Positions 1-8,618 of a stretch of DNA of 64,000 nucleotides are shown here, one piece after another; positions within the stretch are counted from its first letter, which is position 1, and the number at the start of each line of letters is the position of its first letter. The translations under genes and the position numbers were made by a program. Location: positions 1-64,000 of IMG/VR virus record IMGVR_UViG_3300045988_115355; one strand, given 5' to 3'. Origin of the DNA: a virus. A model generated the notes under the pieces. It ran no database searches. It was given only the letters and a program-made list of their open reading frames with translations, and was not told the origin of the DNA.

Positions 1-117
1 GAGAATCCTGAAGAGTGGGAAAAGTTTGTTGCCTCACAGGGTCAGGAAGCTGCCAACCAAGAAGCAGATGAAAAGGAGGGTACCAAAGAAGAAGACCAAA
101 ACCCTTTCAAGGTATAG
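1..117 (+). CDS. 3' fragment of an upstream gene, 38 codons in window, acidic C-terminus '...EEDQNPFKV'. Function unknown.
   Basis: Open frame 1 runs from the window edge to TAG at 115-117. No start in the window. Confidence 0.3.
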   Translation, partial: ENPEEWEKFVASQGQEAANQEADEKEGTKEEDQNPFKV

Positions 118-179
118 TCCTTATCATTAGTATAGCAATATTATTATTTTATTTTATTATTAAATTATATTTATAGATT

Positions 180-1151
180 ATGGCATTTGCAAGAGGTAAA
201 GAATCTAAGGATTTTCAATTCAAACTTTACACAGGTATTGCTGCTCTTAAAGTTACTGCCGTCAATCCTACAGCTGAAGAATTAGCTAAGATGAGAGAGA
301 CAGAAGTAGGGCAGCCTATTAACTATGTAAGCACTACTACTATCAGAGTAGGTGATGATACTAAGGAAGTTCCACAAGTAAGACTTTCTTTTATCTGTGC
401 TACTGATAAGGAAGTAGCATGTAATAATGGTATTGAGACCACTGTTACCTTGCCTTTCTTCCTGAATAAGAGTTACCGTCATAGTAAAAGTGGTAAAGTG
501 CAGGTTATTGACAAGTTTGGTAGAACTGCATGGGTGACAGAAGAAGAATTCAAGGCTAAGAAGGTGCCTACCTATACTGACAAGCAGGGAAATACAGTTC
601 CCTTCCAAGTAGACAAGGATTATCGTGCTGTCTTTATGGGTGAGGAAGAGCTTACTTCTTTCATCAAAACTCTTCTCAACATTGATAGTCCTACAGAGTG
701 GGATAATGAGAATAGAACCTTCAAGATGAAGAAAGACACTACTGCATGTGAATGTAGGTTTGAAGTGGCTACCTTAGAGAAACTTTTTAAAGGTGATTTC
801 AGTGATATCAAGGAGATTATCTCTTATCAACCTGATAATAAGCTGAAAGTTCTCTTAGGTGTAAGAACTACTAATGAAGGTAAGCAGTTCCAAACTTTCT
901 ATAACAAGACTTTCATGCACTTAGGTGTATCAAACTTTGAGAAGTTAGCTGCTGAAGTAGCTACTGAAGAGAGTGAGGGTAGATTGAAAAATACTTTCTT
1001 TGAGGTTGGTAATCTTAAAGAGTACGTGGCAACACCCACATCTTATGCTGCTACCCCTGTAAGTAATGATGACCCCTTCTCACAAACTCCTGATAGTACT
1101 TCTACAGAGGAACCAAGTGTTGAAGACTTGGATAAGGACTTACCATTCTAA
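180..1151 (+). CDS. Single-stranded DNA-binding-like protein (323 aa) with an acidic C-terminal tip
   Basis: ATG at 180. C-terminus '...EEPSVEDLDKDLPF' matches the acidic D-(L/I)-P-F tail of bacterial and phage SSBs (B. subtilis SsbA ends DDDLPF). It is the first gene of the replication block. The OB fold cannot be confirmed by eye. Confidence 0.45.
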   Translation: MAFARGKESKDFQFKLYTGIAALKVTAVNPTAEELAKMRETEVGQPINYVSTTTIRVGDDTKEVPQVRLSFICATDKEVACNNGIETTVTLPFFLNKSYRHSKSGKVQVIDKFGRTAWVTEEEFKAKKVPTYTDKQGNTVPFQVDKDYRAVFMGEEELTSFIKTLLNIDSPTEWDNENRTFKMKKDTTACECRFEVATLEKLFKGDFSDIKEIISYQPDNKLKVLLGVRTTNEGKQFQTFYNKTFMHLGVSNFEKLAAEVATEESEGRLKNTFFEVGNLKEYVATPTSYAATPVSNDDPFSQTPDSTSTEEPSVEDLDKDLPF

Positions 1152-1161
1152 AGAAGTATAA

Positions 1162-2145
1162 ATGATAAGCAAAGGAAGACCTATATTAGGCAAGAGGACA
1201 ATTCTTTCAAAGATAGACGAGGTGTCTTTGTTGAAAAGATATCTCTCTGTGAAAAGAATTCCTTGTCTGATATGCTCTCCTTTAAGGGAAGATAAACACC
1301 CTTCATTTAGCATTTATAAAACAGCCAATGGTCATATTAAATATTATGATTATGCTACTTTAGATAAAGGTAATATCTTTGATTTATTAATGAGTATCTA
1401 CCATCTTTCCTTTAAAGAAGTTCTTTTGAAAGTATGGGAAGATGCTCATTTAAATATTACACCTATCTCTTTAAAAATTCCTTCTTCTCCTATATCAGAA
1501 TCTTATGTATCTATCAGAAGCATTAGAAGAGAATGGGAAGAAAAGGACTTTAAATATTGGGAATCTTATGGGGTATGTAAAAGATACTTATTACATAGTG
1601 ATATTTATCCTATATCTCATTATATGATTATTACACCTACTTATAATACACTTATTAAAGCTGATAAGATTGCTTATACTTATATAGAAAGGAAAGAAGG
1701 TCATATCACTGAAAAGATATATCAGCCCTTTAATAAGGATGGTTATAAGTGGAGAAGTAATCATGATTCATCAGTAATAGATTTATGGTGTATGCTTCCC
1801 TTAAAGGGAGAGAAGCTCATTATCACATCTTCAAGGAAAGATGCTTTATGTCTATGGTCTAACCTGCATATCCCCTCTATCAGTCCACAGAGTGAATCTA
1901 CATCTTTGAATCCTAAAGTAATAAGAGATTTGAAGAAGAGATTTAAAAAAGTCTATGTCCTGTATGATAATGATTTTAACAAGTCTTTTAATACAGGAGT
2001 AACTGATGGGAAGAAGTTATGTGATACTTTTAATCTTACATACATTGAAATACCTAAAGAATATAGCAGTAAAGACCCTTCTGACTTATATAAAAATAAA
2101 GGTAAACAGACCTTTATGGAAGTCATGGAGTGGTTATTAAAGTAA
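1162..2145 (+). CDS. DnaG-like DNA primase (zinc-binding + TOPRIM), 327 aa
   Basis: 'CLICSPLREDKHPSFSIY...GNIFDLLM' resembles the DnaG CHC2 zinc-ribbon ('CPFHxEKTPSFxV...GNAIDFLM'), although the second ligand pair is degenerate. 'VYVLYDNDFN' is a TOPRIM DxD motif, with an upstream 'GEKLIITS...DAL' acidic segment. Confidence 0.65.
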   Translation: MISKGRPILGKRTILSKIDEVSLLKRYLSVKRIPCLICSPLREDKHPSFSIYKTANGHIKYYDYATLDKGNIFDLLMSIYHLSFKEVLLKVWEDAHLNITPISLKIPSSPISESYVSIRSIRREWEEKDFKYWESYGVCKRYLLHSDIYPISHYMIITPTYNTLIKADKIAYTYIERKEGHITEKIYQPFNKDGYKWRSNHDSSVIDLWCMLPLKGEKLIITSSRKDALCLWSNLHIPSISPQSESTSLNPKVIRDLKKRFKKVYVLYDNDFNKSFNTGVTDGKKLCDTFNLTYIEIPKEYSSKDPSDLYKNKGKQTFMEVMEWLLK

Positions 2146-2177
2146 TTATTATTTATCAACATTTAAAAAGTAAAAAA

Positions 2178-2813
2178 ATGGAAGCAAGAGACATTTTAGT
2201 AAATGATGCACAATCTCAAAGTCGTTTTAAACTCCACACTGATGTGGAGACCTTTGGTGAGTTAAAAACTCTATTGCTTGAGAAAGGCATTAGCTTAGAG
2301 AATGTAACAGTAACTGAAGGAATTTCAAAGACTTCCTTTGTATCTGATGATTCTCTGTTGCCCAAAGACCAATTCTTCAAAGGTAAGAAGACCAATGAGT
2401 TGCTTATCCTTATCACTCCTAACAAGAAGATTAAGTTAGGTCTATCTCGTCAGGATGTACTAAAGCACATCAAAGAGAATGGTATGCAGGATGCTATCAA
2501 GGAACACTTTGGTAAGAACTTTACCAATGTATCCACAGCAGAACTTGTAGAGTTCCTTGTAGATAATCAAAAGGAAGAGAAAGAAGAGAAGCCTAAGTAC
2601 ACTGTATCTGAAGTAACATGTACTTTGGCAGAAAAACTGTTGGAGATTGGTGCAGAAATTGCTAAGTTGGCAGCTTTGGTGGAAACATCTTATCGTAAGG
2701 CTATGAAGGAAGGTAAACATGAAGACTGTAAGTCTACTAAGGTTTCCCATTTAGAGACGAAAGGTGGCCTTAGTGAGGAAGATTTGGATGAGGCTTTTGA
2801 AGACATGGAATAG
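2178..2813 (+). CDS. Hypothetical protein (211 aa from ATG 2178; the track shows a GTG start at 2130). Possible beta-grasp-like N-terminal ~80 aa, acidic helical C-terminus.
   Basis: ATG preceded by an A-rich leader. Residues ~15-85 alternate like a beta-grasp: 'FKLHTDVETFGELKTLLLEKGISLENVTVTEG...ELLILITPNKKIKLG'. There is no terminal GG. This is inference only. Confidence 0.5.
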   Translation: MEARDILVNDAQSQSRFKLHTDVETFGELKTLLLEKGISLENVTVTEGISKTSFVSDDSLLPKDQFFKGKKTNELLILITPNKKIKLGLSRQDVLKHIKENGMQDAIKEHFGKNFTNVSTAELVEFLVDNQKEEKEEKPKYTVSEVTCTLAEKLLEIGAEIAKLAALVETSYRKAMKEGKHEDCKSTKVSHLETKGGLSEEDLDEAFEDME

Positions 2814-2851
2814 TCTTATCATATAATCTATATATTTAATGTTTATGCTGA

Positions 2852-2886
2852 CCCCTTTACTCTTTTACAAGTAAAGGGGTTTTTTA
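2852..2886 (+). terminator. Rho-independent terminator after ORF 2178..2813
   Basis: Stem 'cccctttac' (2852-2860), 10-nt loop, stem 'gtaaagggg' (2871-2879), then 'ttttttattta'. Confidence 0.6.
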
Positions 2887-2906
2887 TTTATTAAATAGGA
2901 ATAATC

Positions 2907-3998
2907 ATGGAAGGATTATCATTTAGAGAAAGTTTAAAACAATGGAATGAGAATATACGACCTATCTATGAGGAAATAAAGCATTATTATGGTGAAGAGA
3001 GAGTAGATTTACAAAATAACCTTACACAAATCCTTACAAGTAAAGGATACAAATTAGATGATGTGATAGGTGGATGTGCGTATTTAGAAGTAAAAAAGAG
3101 TTTTCAGCATTATATCCTCATCTATTGGAATAAGGCTACTGTAACTAATGAGAGAGGGTTGTCTACAGATATTACAGATGTATATGTAAGACTTACCTTT
3201 AATTATGTTGGATGTTTGTACACCACAGTAGAAATGCTTAGAAGCAGTTACACTCAAAAAGAGTTAGATGCAGACTATATGCACTCTCATATCCATCATA
3301 TTAGTAGGAATTGGCAATCTATGTGCTTAGGAGATTCCTCTTTACTTATTCTAATGACTGAACTACAGAATAAAAATAAATATGAGGAAGGAGATTATAT
3401 CTTACTCTCTATGGAGTTAGATAAGGCTATTCATACAGAATCTCTTGCAGGGGTACCATGGGTCAGGATTGATAAACTCAAAGCAAGTAGGAAAAAGAAG
3501 CTATTTAATTTCAGAAATTTAAGTACAGAATATTCTATCTGTAATATCAAGTCCTATAATCTCTTATGGAGGGATATTATATGGGATTTAGTCAGGAATT
3601 CTGAAACTCTTTATTTCAGTTATTTTAAAGAAAAGAATATCATAAGCAGTAGTATAAGAACACTATTCTTAGAGATAAGTAATGTGATGATTAAACATTA
3701 CAACAAAGCTGTAGAAGAGAAAAAGTATAGCGACGCTATTACTATAAAAAGTTATTTATTGAAAGGAAGGGTAACAGATGAAGGTTTTTATTCTAAAAAT
3801 CTTGAAACACCTCCTTTAAGGAATTTAGATGGCCTTGAAGCTACTTTTAAAGGCAAGCAGCTGAAAGTAACTGTTATAAAAGAAGAAGAAAGAGAAGAAG
3901 ATAACTATTATATCAATAGTTATTACTTCAAAATGGTATTAAGTATTTTAAGTTTATTAAGTAATTATGAAGCAGAAAGACAGTTTAAAATCTTTTAA
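2907..3998 (+). CDS. Hypothetical protein (363 aa). Possible catalytically degenerate MPN/JAB-like paralog of the downstream gene.
   Basis: 'DADYMHSHIHHISRNWQSMCLGDSSLLIL' aligns with the downstream 'WDLALVHSHHNMSTHPSQTDIDTLLSL': same HSH-x7 spacing and a conserved Q, but the JAMM Ser is replaced by Trp and the Asp by Met. The upstream 'GGCAYLEV' parallels 'SGALFISHEE'. Confidence 0.4.
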   Translation: MEGLSFRESLKQWNENIRPIYEEIKHYYGEERVDLQNNLTQILTSKGYKLDDVIGGCAYLEVKKSFQHYILIYWNKATVTNERGLSTDITDVYVRLTFNYVGCLYTTVEMLRSSYTQKELDADYMHSHIHHISRNWQSMCLGDSSLLILMTELQNKNKYEEGDYILLSMELDKAIHTESLAGVPWVRIDKLKASRKKKLFNFRNLSTEYSICNIKSYNLLWRDIIWDLVRNSETLYFSYFKEKNIISSSIRTLFLEISNVMIKHYNKAVEEKKYSDAITIKSYLLKGRVTDEGFYSKNLETPPLRNLDGLEATFKGKQLKVTVIKEEEREEDNYYINSYYFKMVLSILSLLSNYEAERQFKIF

Positions 3999-5073
3999 AC
4001 TCATTATCTCTGTTAATGCAGAAGGTAAGATAAGATATTTACAAGAAAGGTTTCCTTCTACTGAATGGTCAGGAGCATTGTTTATCTCTCATGAAGAGAA
4101 GGATAATATATGTACTATTACAGCAGAGGACATATACCCAATGAATGTAGGTAGTTCTGTGTTCACAGAGTTTAATTTCAATGAAGAGGTAACCTCTTAT
4201 ATGGCTAATCATCCTGAAACCTTTGAGTGGGATTTAGCTTTAGTACACTCTCATCATAACATGTCTACCCATCCCTCACAGACAGATATAGACACTCTTC
4301 TTTCCTTAGGAGAAGATATTAATAGTCTGCTGTCTCTTATTGTAAATAATATAGGAGAATATACTGCTATGCTGTCAAGGAAGGCTACTACTAAGACAGA
4401 ACTAATTACTAAGGATATTACAAATACCTTATTTGATGGTACTTATAAGTCTCCTATTCCTGAAAAGAAGTGTAGTGATGACACTGTTGTAGTATGGGAA
4501 TATGTACCTATTACTATCATTAAAAGTGAGCCTATCACTACTATTAAGGAAAGAGTTGATGAGATTGAGGCTAAGCACATTAAGCTTCTTGAAGAGTATA
4601 AATATCCTAAGCAAGGAGAATTGGATTTTATGGATAGGTATTATAACCACCTTAGTAAGGAGAATACTTATTATTCTAAGTGGGATAATGAAGTTATCCC
4701 TGTCAGTGAAGACTTACAGGAGTTAGCTTTAAAAGCTGTACAGAAGATGGTGAAATGTAACATCAATATAGATGCTAAAACGTCTATATATGAGTTACAA
4801 AGGTTTGTATCTAATTATATGAACACTCTCTATACTCGTAATTTCTCAAATTCAAAGTATGGTAGTTATACTCTCTTTGATGATTGGGCATATTTCATTA
4901 CAGAGTTTATCCTTAATAAATATAGTGAGGAAGGTGATGAAGAAACCTTTATTAAAGCTGTATTAGATGTGCTCTATGAGTTAGATACACAAAATTATTA
5001 TATTACAAAGTATATAGAAATCCTTGAAGGTTTCTTACCTGAAGAGGACTATACACATATCATTAAAGATTAA
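3967..5073 (+). CDS. JAB/MPN+ (JAMM) zinc metalloprotease-domain protein (368 aa), with a ~200 aa C-terminal extension of unknown function
   Basis: Exact JAMM signature H-x-H-x7-S-x2-D at residues 94-107 ('HSHHNMSTHPSQTD', nt 4246-4287). An upstream Glu candidate lies in 'SGALFISHEE'. Confidence 0.7.
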   Translation: MKQKDSLKSFKLIISVNAEGKIRYLQERFPSTEWSGALFISHEEKDNICTITAEDIYPMNVGSSVFTEFNFNEEVTSYMANHPETFEWDLALVHSHHNMSTHPSQTDIDTLLSLGEDINSLLSLIVNNIGEYTAMLSRKATTKTELITKDITNTLFDGTYKSPIPEKKCSDDTVVVWEYVPITIIKSEPITTIKERVDEIEAKHIKLLEEYKYPKQGELDFMDRYYNHLSKENTYYSKWDNEVIPVSEDLQELALKAVQKMVKCNINIDAKTSIYELQRFVSNYMNTLYTRNFSNSKYGSYTLFDDWAYFITEFILNKYSEEGDEETFIKAVLDVLYELDTQNYYITKYIEILEGFLPEEDYTHIIKD

Positions 5074-5078
5074 GTAAA

Positions 5079-6059
5079 ATGAATGAAGAAAATTACAATC
5101 TTACAGATGAAGATGTAAATGTTATTCTTAATGAGTTAAATGGTAGCATAGATAGTGCTGCTATAGAGAATTCTGATGAGAATCCTACTGAACAGAATTC
5201 TACTGATAGTGCAGAAGATAACTCGAATGAAAGTGAAACCCCTGTAGCAGGGAATTCTACAGAGGATTCTCCCAATGAGGATTCTCCCAATGAGAATTCT
5301 ACTACTGAAGAGCCTGTTATTGTAGAACTTGTAATGGAGAATATTCCTTTAAACAATGATTCCACAATGAATGAAAATCGTAGTAGGTTCTCTGGAGCAC
5401 CATGGTTTAATGCTGTAGCAGAAGAAAGATGTTTTATCTTAGGAGCAGGAGGTATAGGTAGTTGGACTGCTTATCATATAGCTAAGTTAGGAACTTCTAT
5501 CTGTCAAGTAGATAATGATAGAGTATCTGCACAGAATTTAGCAGGACAACTGTTTGCAATAGATGATATAGGTAATTATAAAGTAAGTGCTTTAGGAAAT
5601 CTTATACAAAGACTGAATGATGAGTATAAGTATTCAGGAAGAGAAGTTAGACTGATGTCAGATGAACAATATGACAGATATATTATGCCTATTACTATCT
5701 CTTGTGTAGATAATATGGAAGCAAGAAAGAAACTCTTTAGAGCTTGGAAAAGACAGGAATATAGAGCTTTATTTCTTGATGGTAGGTTATCTGCTGACAC
5801 TTTACAAGTATTCTGTATAACAGGACAAGATGAGGCTTATATGAAGGAGTATGAAGAGAAATGGCTCTTTAGTGATGCAGAAGCTGATGAAGGAGTATGT
5901 TCTTTTAAACAAACTTCTTATATGGCTTGTATGATAGGTTCTATCATCACTAACTTGTTTATCAACTATGTTGCTAATAGAGCTACAGGAGACTATTATG
6001 ATTTACCTTTTTTCATAGAGTATAATGCTCCTTATGTTTTATTTAAAATACAAAAATAA
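5079..6059 (+). CDS. E1-like ThiF/MoeB-family adenylyltransferase (326 aa) with a ~100 aa acidic low-complexity N-terminus
   Basis: 'CFILGAGGIGSWTAYHIAKLGTSICQVDNDRVSAQNLAGQLF' fits the ThiF/MoeB Rossmann GxGxxG + 'DxDxVxxSNLxRQ' region. 'ISCVDNMEARKKL' fits the MoeB 'DCTDNxxxRxxLN' motif. A C-terminal 'GVCSF...ACMIGSIIT' segment is also present. Confidence 0.75.
   Translation: MNEENYNLTDEDVNVILNELNGSIDSAAIENSDENPTEQNSTDSAEDNSNESETPVAGNSTEDSPNEDSPNENSTTEEPVIVELVMENIPLNNDSTMNENRSRFSGAPWFNAVAEERCFILGAGGIGSWTAYHIAKLGTSICQVDNDRVSAQNLAGQLFAIDDIGNYKVSALGNLIQRLNDEYKYSGREVRLMSDEQYDRYIMPITISCVDNMEARKKLFRAWKRQEYRALFLDGRLSADTLQVFCITGQDEAYMKEYEEKWLFSDAEADEGVCSFKQTSYMACMIGSIITNLFINYVANRATGDYYDLPFFIEYNAPYVLFKIQK
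5262..5300 (+). repeat. 15-bp tandem direct repeat 'gaggattctcccaat' x2 plus a partial third unit, inside the E1-like gene (encodes EDSPN-EDSPN-EN)
   Basis: Units at 5262-5276 and 5277-5291 are identical. Read directly from the sequence. Confidence 0.6.
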
Positions 6060-6658
6060 TGGTCAGAGAGAATAAAGTATATACAGCTGTAGGCTGCTTT
6101 ATACGTGACCTACAGGATTATACTATTAAAGCATACTATAAAAGGAGTGGTCTTATATTACAAGTTAATTATGGTGATACTCCTTATATATGTATGTTTT
6201 ATATAGCTAATTTGAGAAAGGAATATAACAGGTTTACATCTTCTCTTTTCTCTCCACTCTTGCAATTTCCTCATCTTCTATATAAAGTGAGGATAGGAAT
6301 AAATACTTATTATTTAGGTAGTGGAATGGTATTAGATGTTAACTATAACCCTTTATTTTATGCTTATCATACTTATAGTATTCATCAGCAGAAGTATGAT
6401 TTAAATATCCTTATCCACAAGTCTTTAACTGACAGTAGTCATATCTTACATCTTTTATTTAAAGCATTCTGTAAGAATATGGCAGAGAATGGGTTGGTTG
6501 ATTTTAAAGTTGAAGATGATGTGAAGGAATATCCTGTTGATATACACGTACATATCACAGATACTATCTCTATAGGCCTATTAAAGTCCCCGTTTATAGC
6601 AGACCAAGAAATCATTAGAGATACTATATGTGCCAATATAAGTTTTCTTTTAGGATAA
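6059..6658 (+). CDS. Hypothetical protein (199 aa). Possible partner of the E1/JAB module.
   Basis: ATG overlaps the E1 stop as TAATG. No motif recognised. Ends '...ISFLLG'. Confidence 0.5.
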   Translation: MVRENKVYTAVGCFIRDLQDYTIKAYYKRSGLILQVNYGDTPYICMFYIANLRKEYNRFTSSLFSPLLQFPHLLYKVRIGINTYYLGSGMVLDVNYNPLFYAYHTYSIHQQKYDLNILIHKSLTDSSHILHLLFKAFCKNMAENGLVDFKVEDDVKEYPVDIHVHITDTISIGLLKSPFIADQEIIRDTICANISFLLG

Positions 6659-7143
6659 TGGGAAATAAAAAGATTGTAAATGCTACTACTCAAAAGGCTT
6701 ATAATATCTCTTTCAAGAGTTTATTGGAGAAGAGGTGTTATGAGCTTTTGATAGAAGCAGGATATCATCCTTTATATGAGGGAAAAACCTTTACTTTGAT
6801 AGATGGATTCACCCCCACAAAGCCTTTTATTAGTAGAGTGTATAACAGGAAAGAGAAAAGGAAAGTATTTTCTTTCGATAGAAGAAAAATACTACCCATC
6901 ACTTATACTCCTGATTTCACTTTCATGGTAAAAGATGTGTTGGCAATCATAGAGTGTAAAGGGTTTGAGAATGATGTGTTCCCTGTAAAGAAGAAACTAT
7001 TCAGACGACTTCTTGAAGAGAAAAAACATCCTGTTATCTTCTATGAGGTTTTTGCATTGAAAGATTTAAAAATATGTATTGAACAATTAGACAGATTAAA
7101 GCATGATAAAGAGTTTAAAAGAGATTTCTTGGCAGGTAGATGA
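6658..7143 (+). CDS. PD-(D/E)xK-fold nuclease (~162 aa from ATG 6658; possible resolvase or VRR-NUC-like)
   Basis: 'ITYTPDFTFMVKDVLAIIECKG' gives a PD...(E)xK arrangement. ATG 6658 overlaps the upstream stop; the track start at 6628 is in frame upstream. Confidence 0.5.
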   Translation: MGNKKIVNATTQKAYNISFKSLLEKRCYELLIEAGYHPLYEGKTFTLIDGFTPTKPFISRVYNRKEKRKVFSFDRRKILPITYTPDFTFMVKDVLAIIECKGFENDVFPVKKKLFRRLLEEKKHPVIFYEVFALKDLKICIEQLDRLKHDKEFKRDFLAGR

Positions 7144-8185
7144 ACCTACCTATAGGGCAGATGATGCCCTTTCCTATTCTACATTAGCTAAATATGAGAG
7201 AGAAGGTAAGTTTAACAGCTTACCTAAACTCTTTGAAAAGGTAAGTACACCATCACTTACTTTTGGCTCTATGGTAGATACTTTGATTACAGGTACTAAA
7301 GAAGAGTTTGATAATCTGTTTATGGTAGTAGATTTCCCTGCCATTTCTGATAGTCTTGTAGAAATAGCTACTACACTATATCAAAAGTATGGTAGCCATC
7401 CTAATGATATCTTTGAAGAGTATTATGAGAAATTTGAGGATATCCCTGAAAGTATCTTAGCTACTGTAGGTAAAGAATGTAACTTTTATGCCAATGATAA
7501 GTATGCTTCTTATAGGGCGAAAATTATCAAAGAGGGTTGTAAAGAATATTTTAACCTGCTTAAGCTATCAGAAGGTAAGGTCATTGTTGACAATGACACT
7601 GCTGATAAGGCTTATAAAGCTGTAGAAGCCTTAAAAACAAGTAACGCTACAAAGTTCTATTTTAAAGACGACAGTCCTTTAGAGCCTAATATTGAAAGAT
7701 ATTATCAGTTGAAATTTAAAGCTACTGATAGTATAGGTCTTGTTAACTATAGATGTATGGCGGATTTGATTATAGTAGACCATGCTACTAAGACTATACA
7801 GCCTATAGATTTGAAGACTTCTTCTCATGCAGAATGGGACTTTTATAAGTCCTTTATGGATTGGCGTTATGACATACAGGCAAGACTATACTACAGACTT
7901 ATTCAAAGTAACTGTGCTAAGGATGAGTACTTTAAAGACTTTAAGATTTTAGACTATAAGTTTATTGTAGTCAATAAATCCTCTTTAACACCTTTAGTGT
8001 GGACTTATCCTCATACACAGGTACAAGGAACTCTTAAATATAGTTTAAATTCAGGCTATATGTTTACTTTAAGAGATCCTTATGAGATAGGAAAGGAATT
8101 AAATTATTATCTTTGTCGTCCTGATGTTAAAGTACCAAGAGATATTAGGGATGATAATAACATTGTAGAGTTTATAACAAAGTAA
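7103..8185 (+). CDS. RecB/Cas4-family PD-(D/E)xK exonuclease (phage recombination exonuclease-like), 360 aa
   Basis: 'ADLIIVDHATKTIQPIDLKTSS' supplies the hhD and DxKT motifs. 'YDIQARLYY' is a QxxxY motif. The true start is uncertain: it overlaps the upstream gene by 41 nt. Confidence 0.6.
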   Translation: MIKSLKEISWQVDEPTYRADDALSYSTLAKYEREGKFNSLPKLFEKVSTPSLTFGSMVDTLITGTKEEFDNLFMVVDFPAISDSLVEIATTLYQKYGSHPNDIFEEYYEKFEDIPESILATVGKECNFYANDKYASYRAKIIKEGCKEYFNLLKLSEGKVIVDNDTADKAYKAVEALKTSNATKFYFKDDSPLEPNIERYYQLKFKATDSIGLVNYRCMADLIIVDHATKTIQPIDLKTSSHAEWDFYKSFMDWRYDIQARLYYRLIQSNCAKDEYFKDFKILDYKFIVVNKSSLTPLVWTYPHTQVQGTLKYSLNSGYMFTLRDPYEIGKELNYYLCRPDVKVPRDIRDDNNIVEFITK

Positions 8186-8351
8186 GTATGAAGTATCTCA
8201 TTAATGCTGATTTAGTACATTTCAATAAGCTCTTTAGAGCTACTGCTATTGTAGTAGCTAAGGATGAAGAGGCTGCTATAGCTAAATATAAAAGGAAAAT
8301 CAGAAGTACACTACACATGAAGTGTACGGAGATTAATATTGAAAGTCTATC

Positions 8352-8609
8352 ATGGGGTTGAATAGAAAATGGGAAGCTTTTATAGATACCCATATCCCCT
8401 ATGAAAAGAGAGGATATATCTATAAACGCTATAGTGAAGATGAGAGATTAAGACAGATTGCTCATCAGAGAAGAGGATTTGTAAAGGGTTATAAGGCTTA
8501 TAGAGACTTAGTAAAAACTCATTTAAAGCTCTTTCCTAATGAGACAATGACAGAGTTTAAGGAGTTTTTAAAGAAACTCCCTAAACCTTTCTCTCCTGAA
8601 GATAAATAA
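8352..8609 (+). CDS. Hypothetical small basic protein (85 aa)
   Basis: ATG ORF. No motif. Confidence 0.4.
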   Translation: MGLNRKWEAFIDTHIPYEKRGYIYKRYSEDERLRQIAHQRRGFVKGYKAYRDLVKTHLKLFPNETMTEFKEFLKKLPKPFSPEDK

Positions 8610-8618
8610 GTAAAGAAT

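Noticed and set aside
2907-3998. ORF 2907..3998 as a second active JAMM protease
   Set aside because: The motif is HSH-x7-W..M rather than HxH-x7-S-x2-D, because the Ser and Asp positions are substituted. It is therefore reported only as a possible inactive MPN-like paralog.
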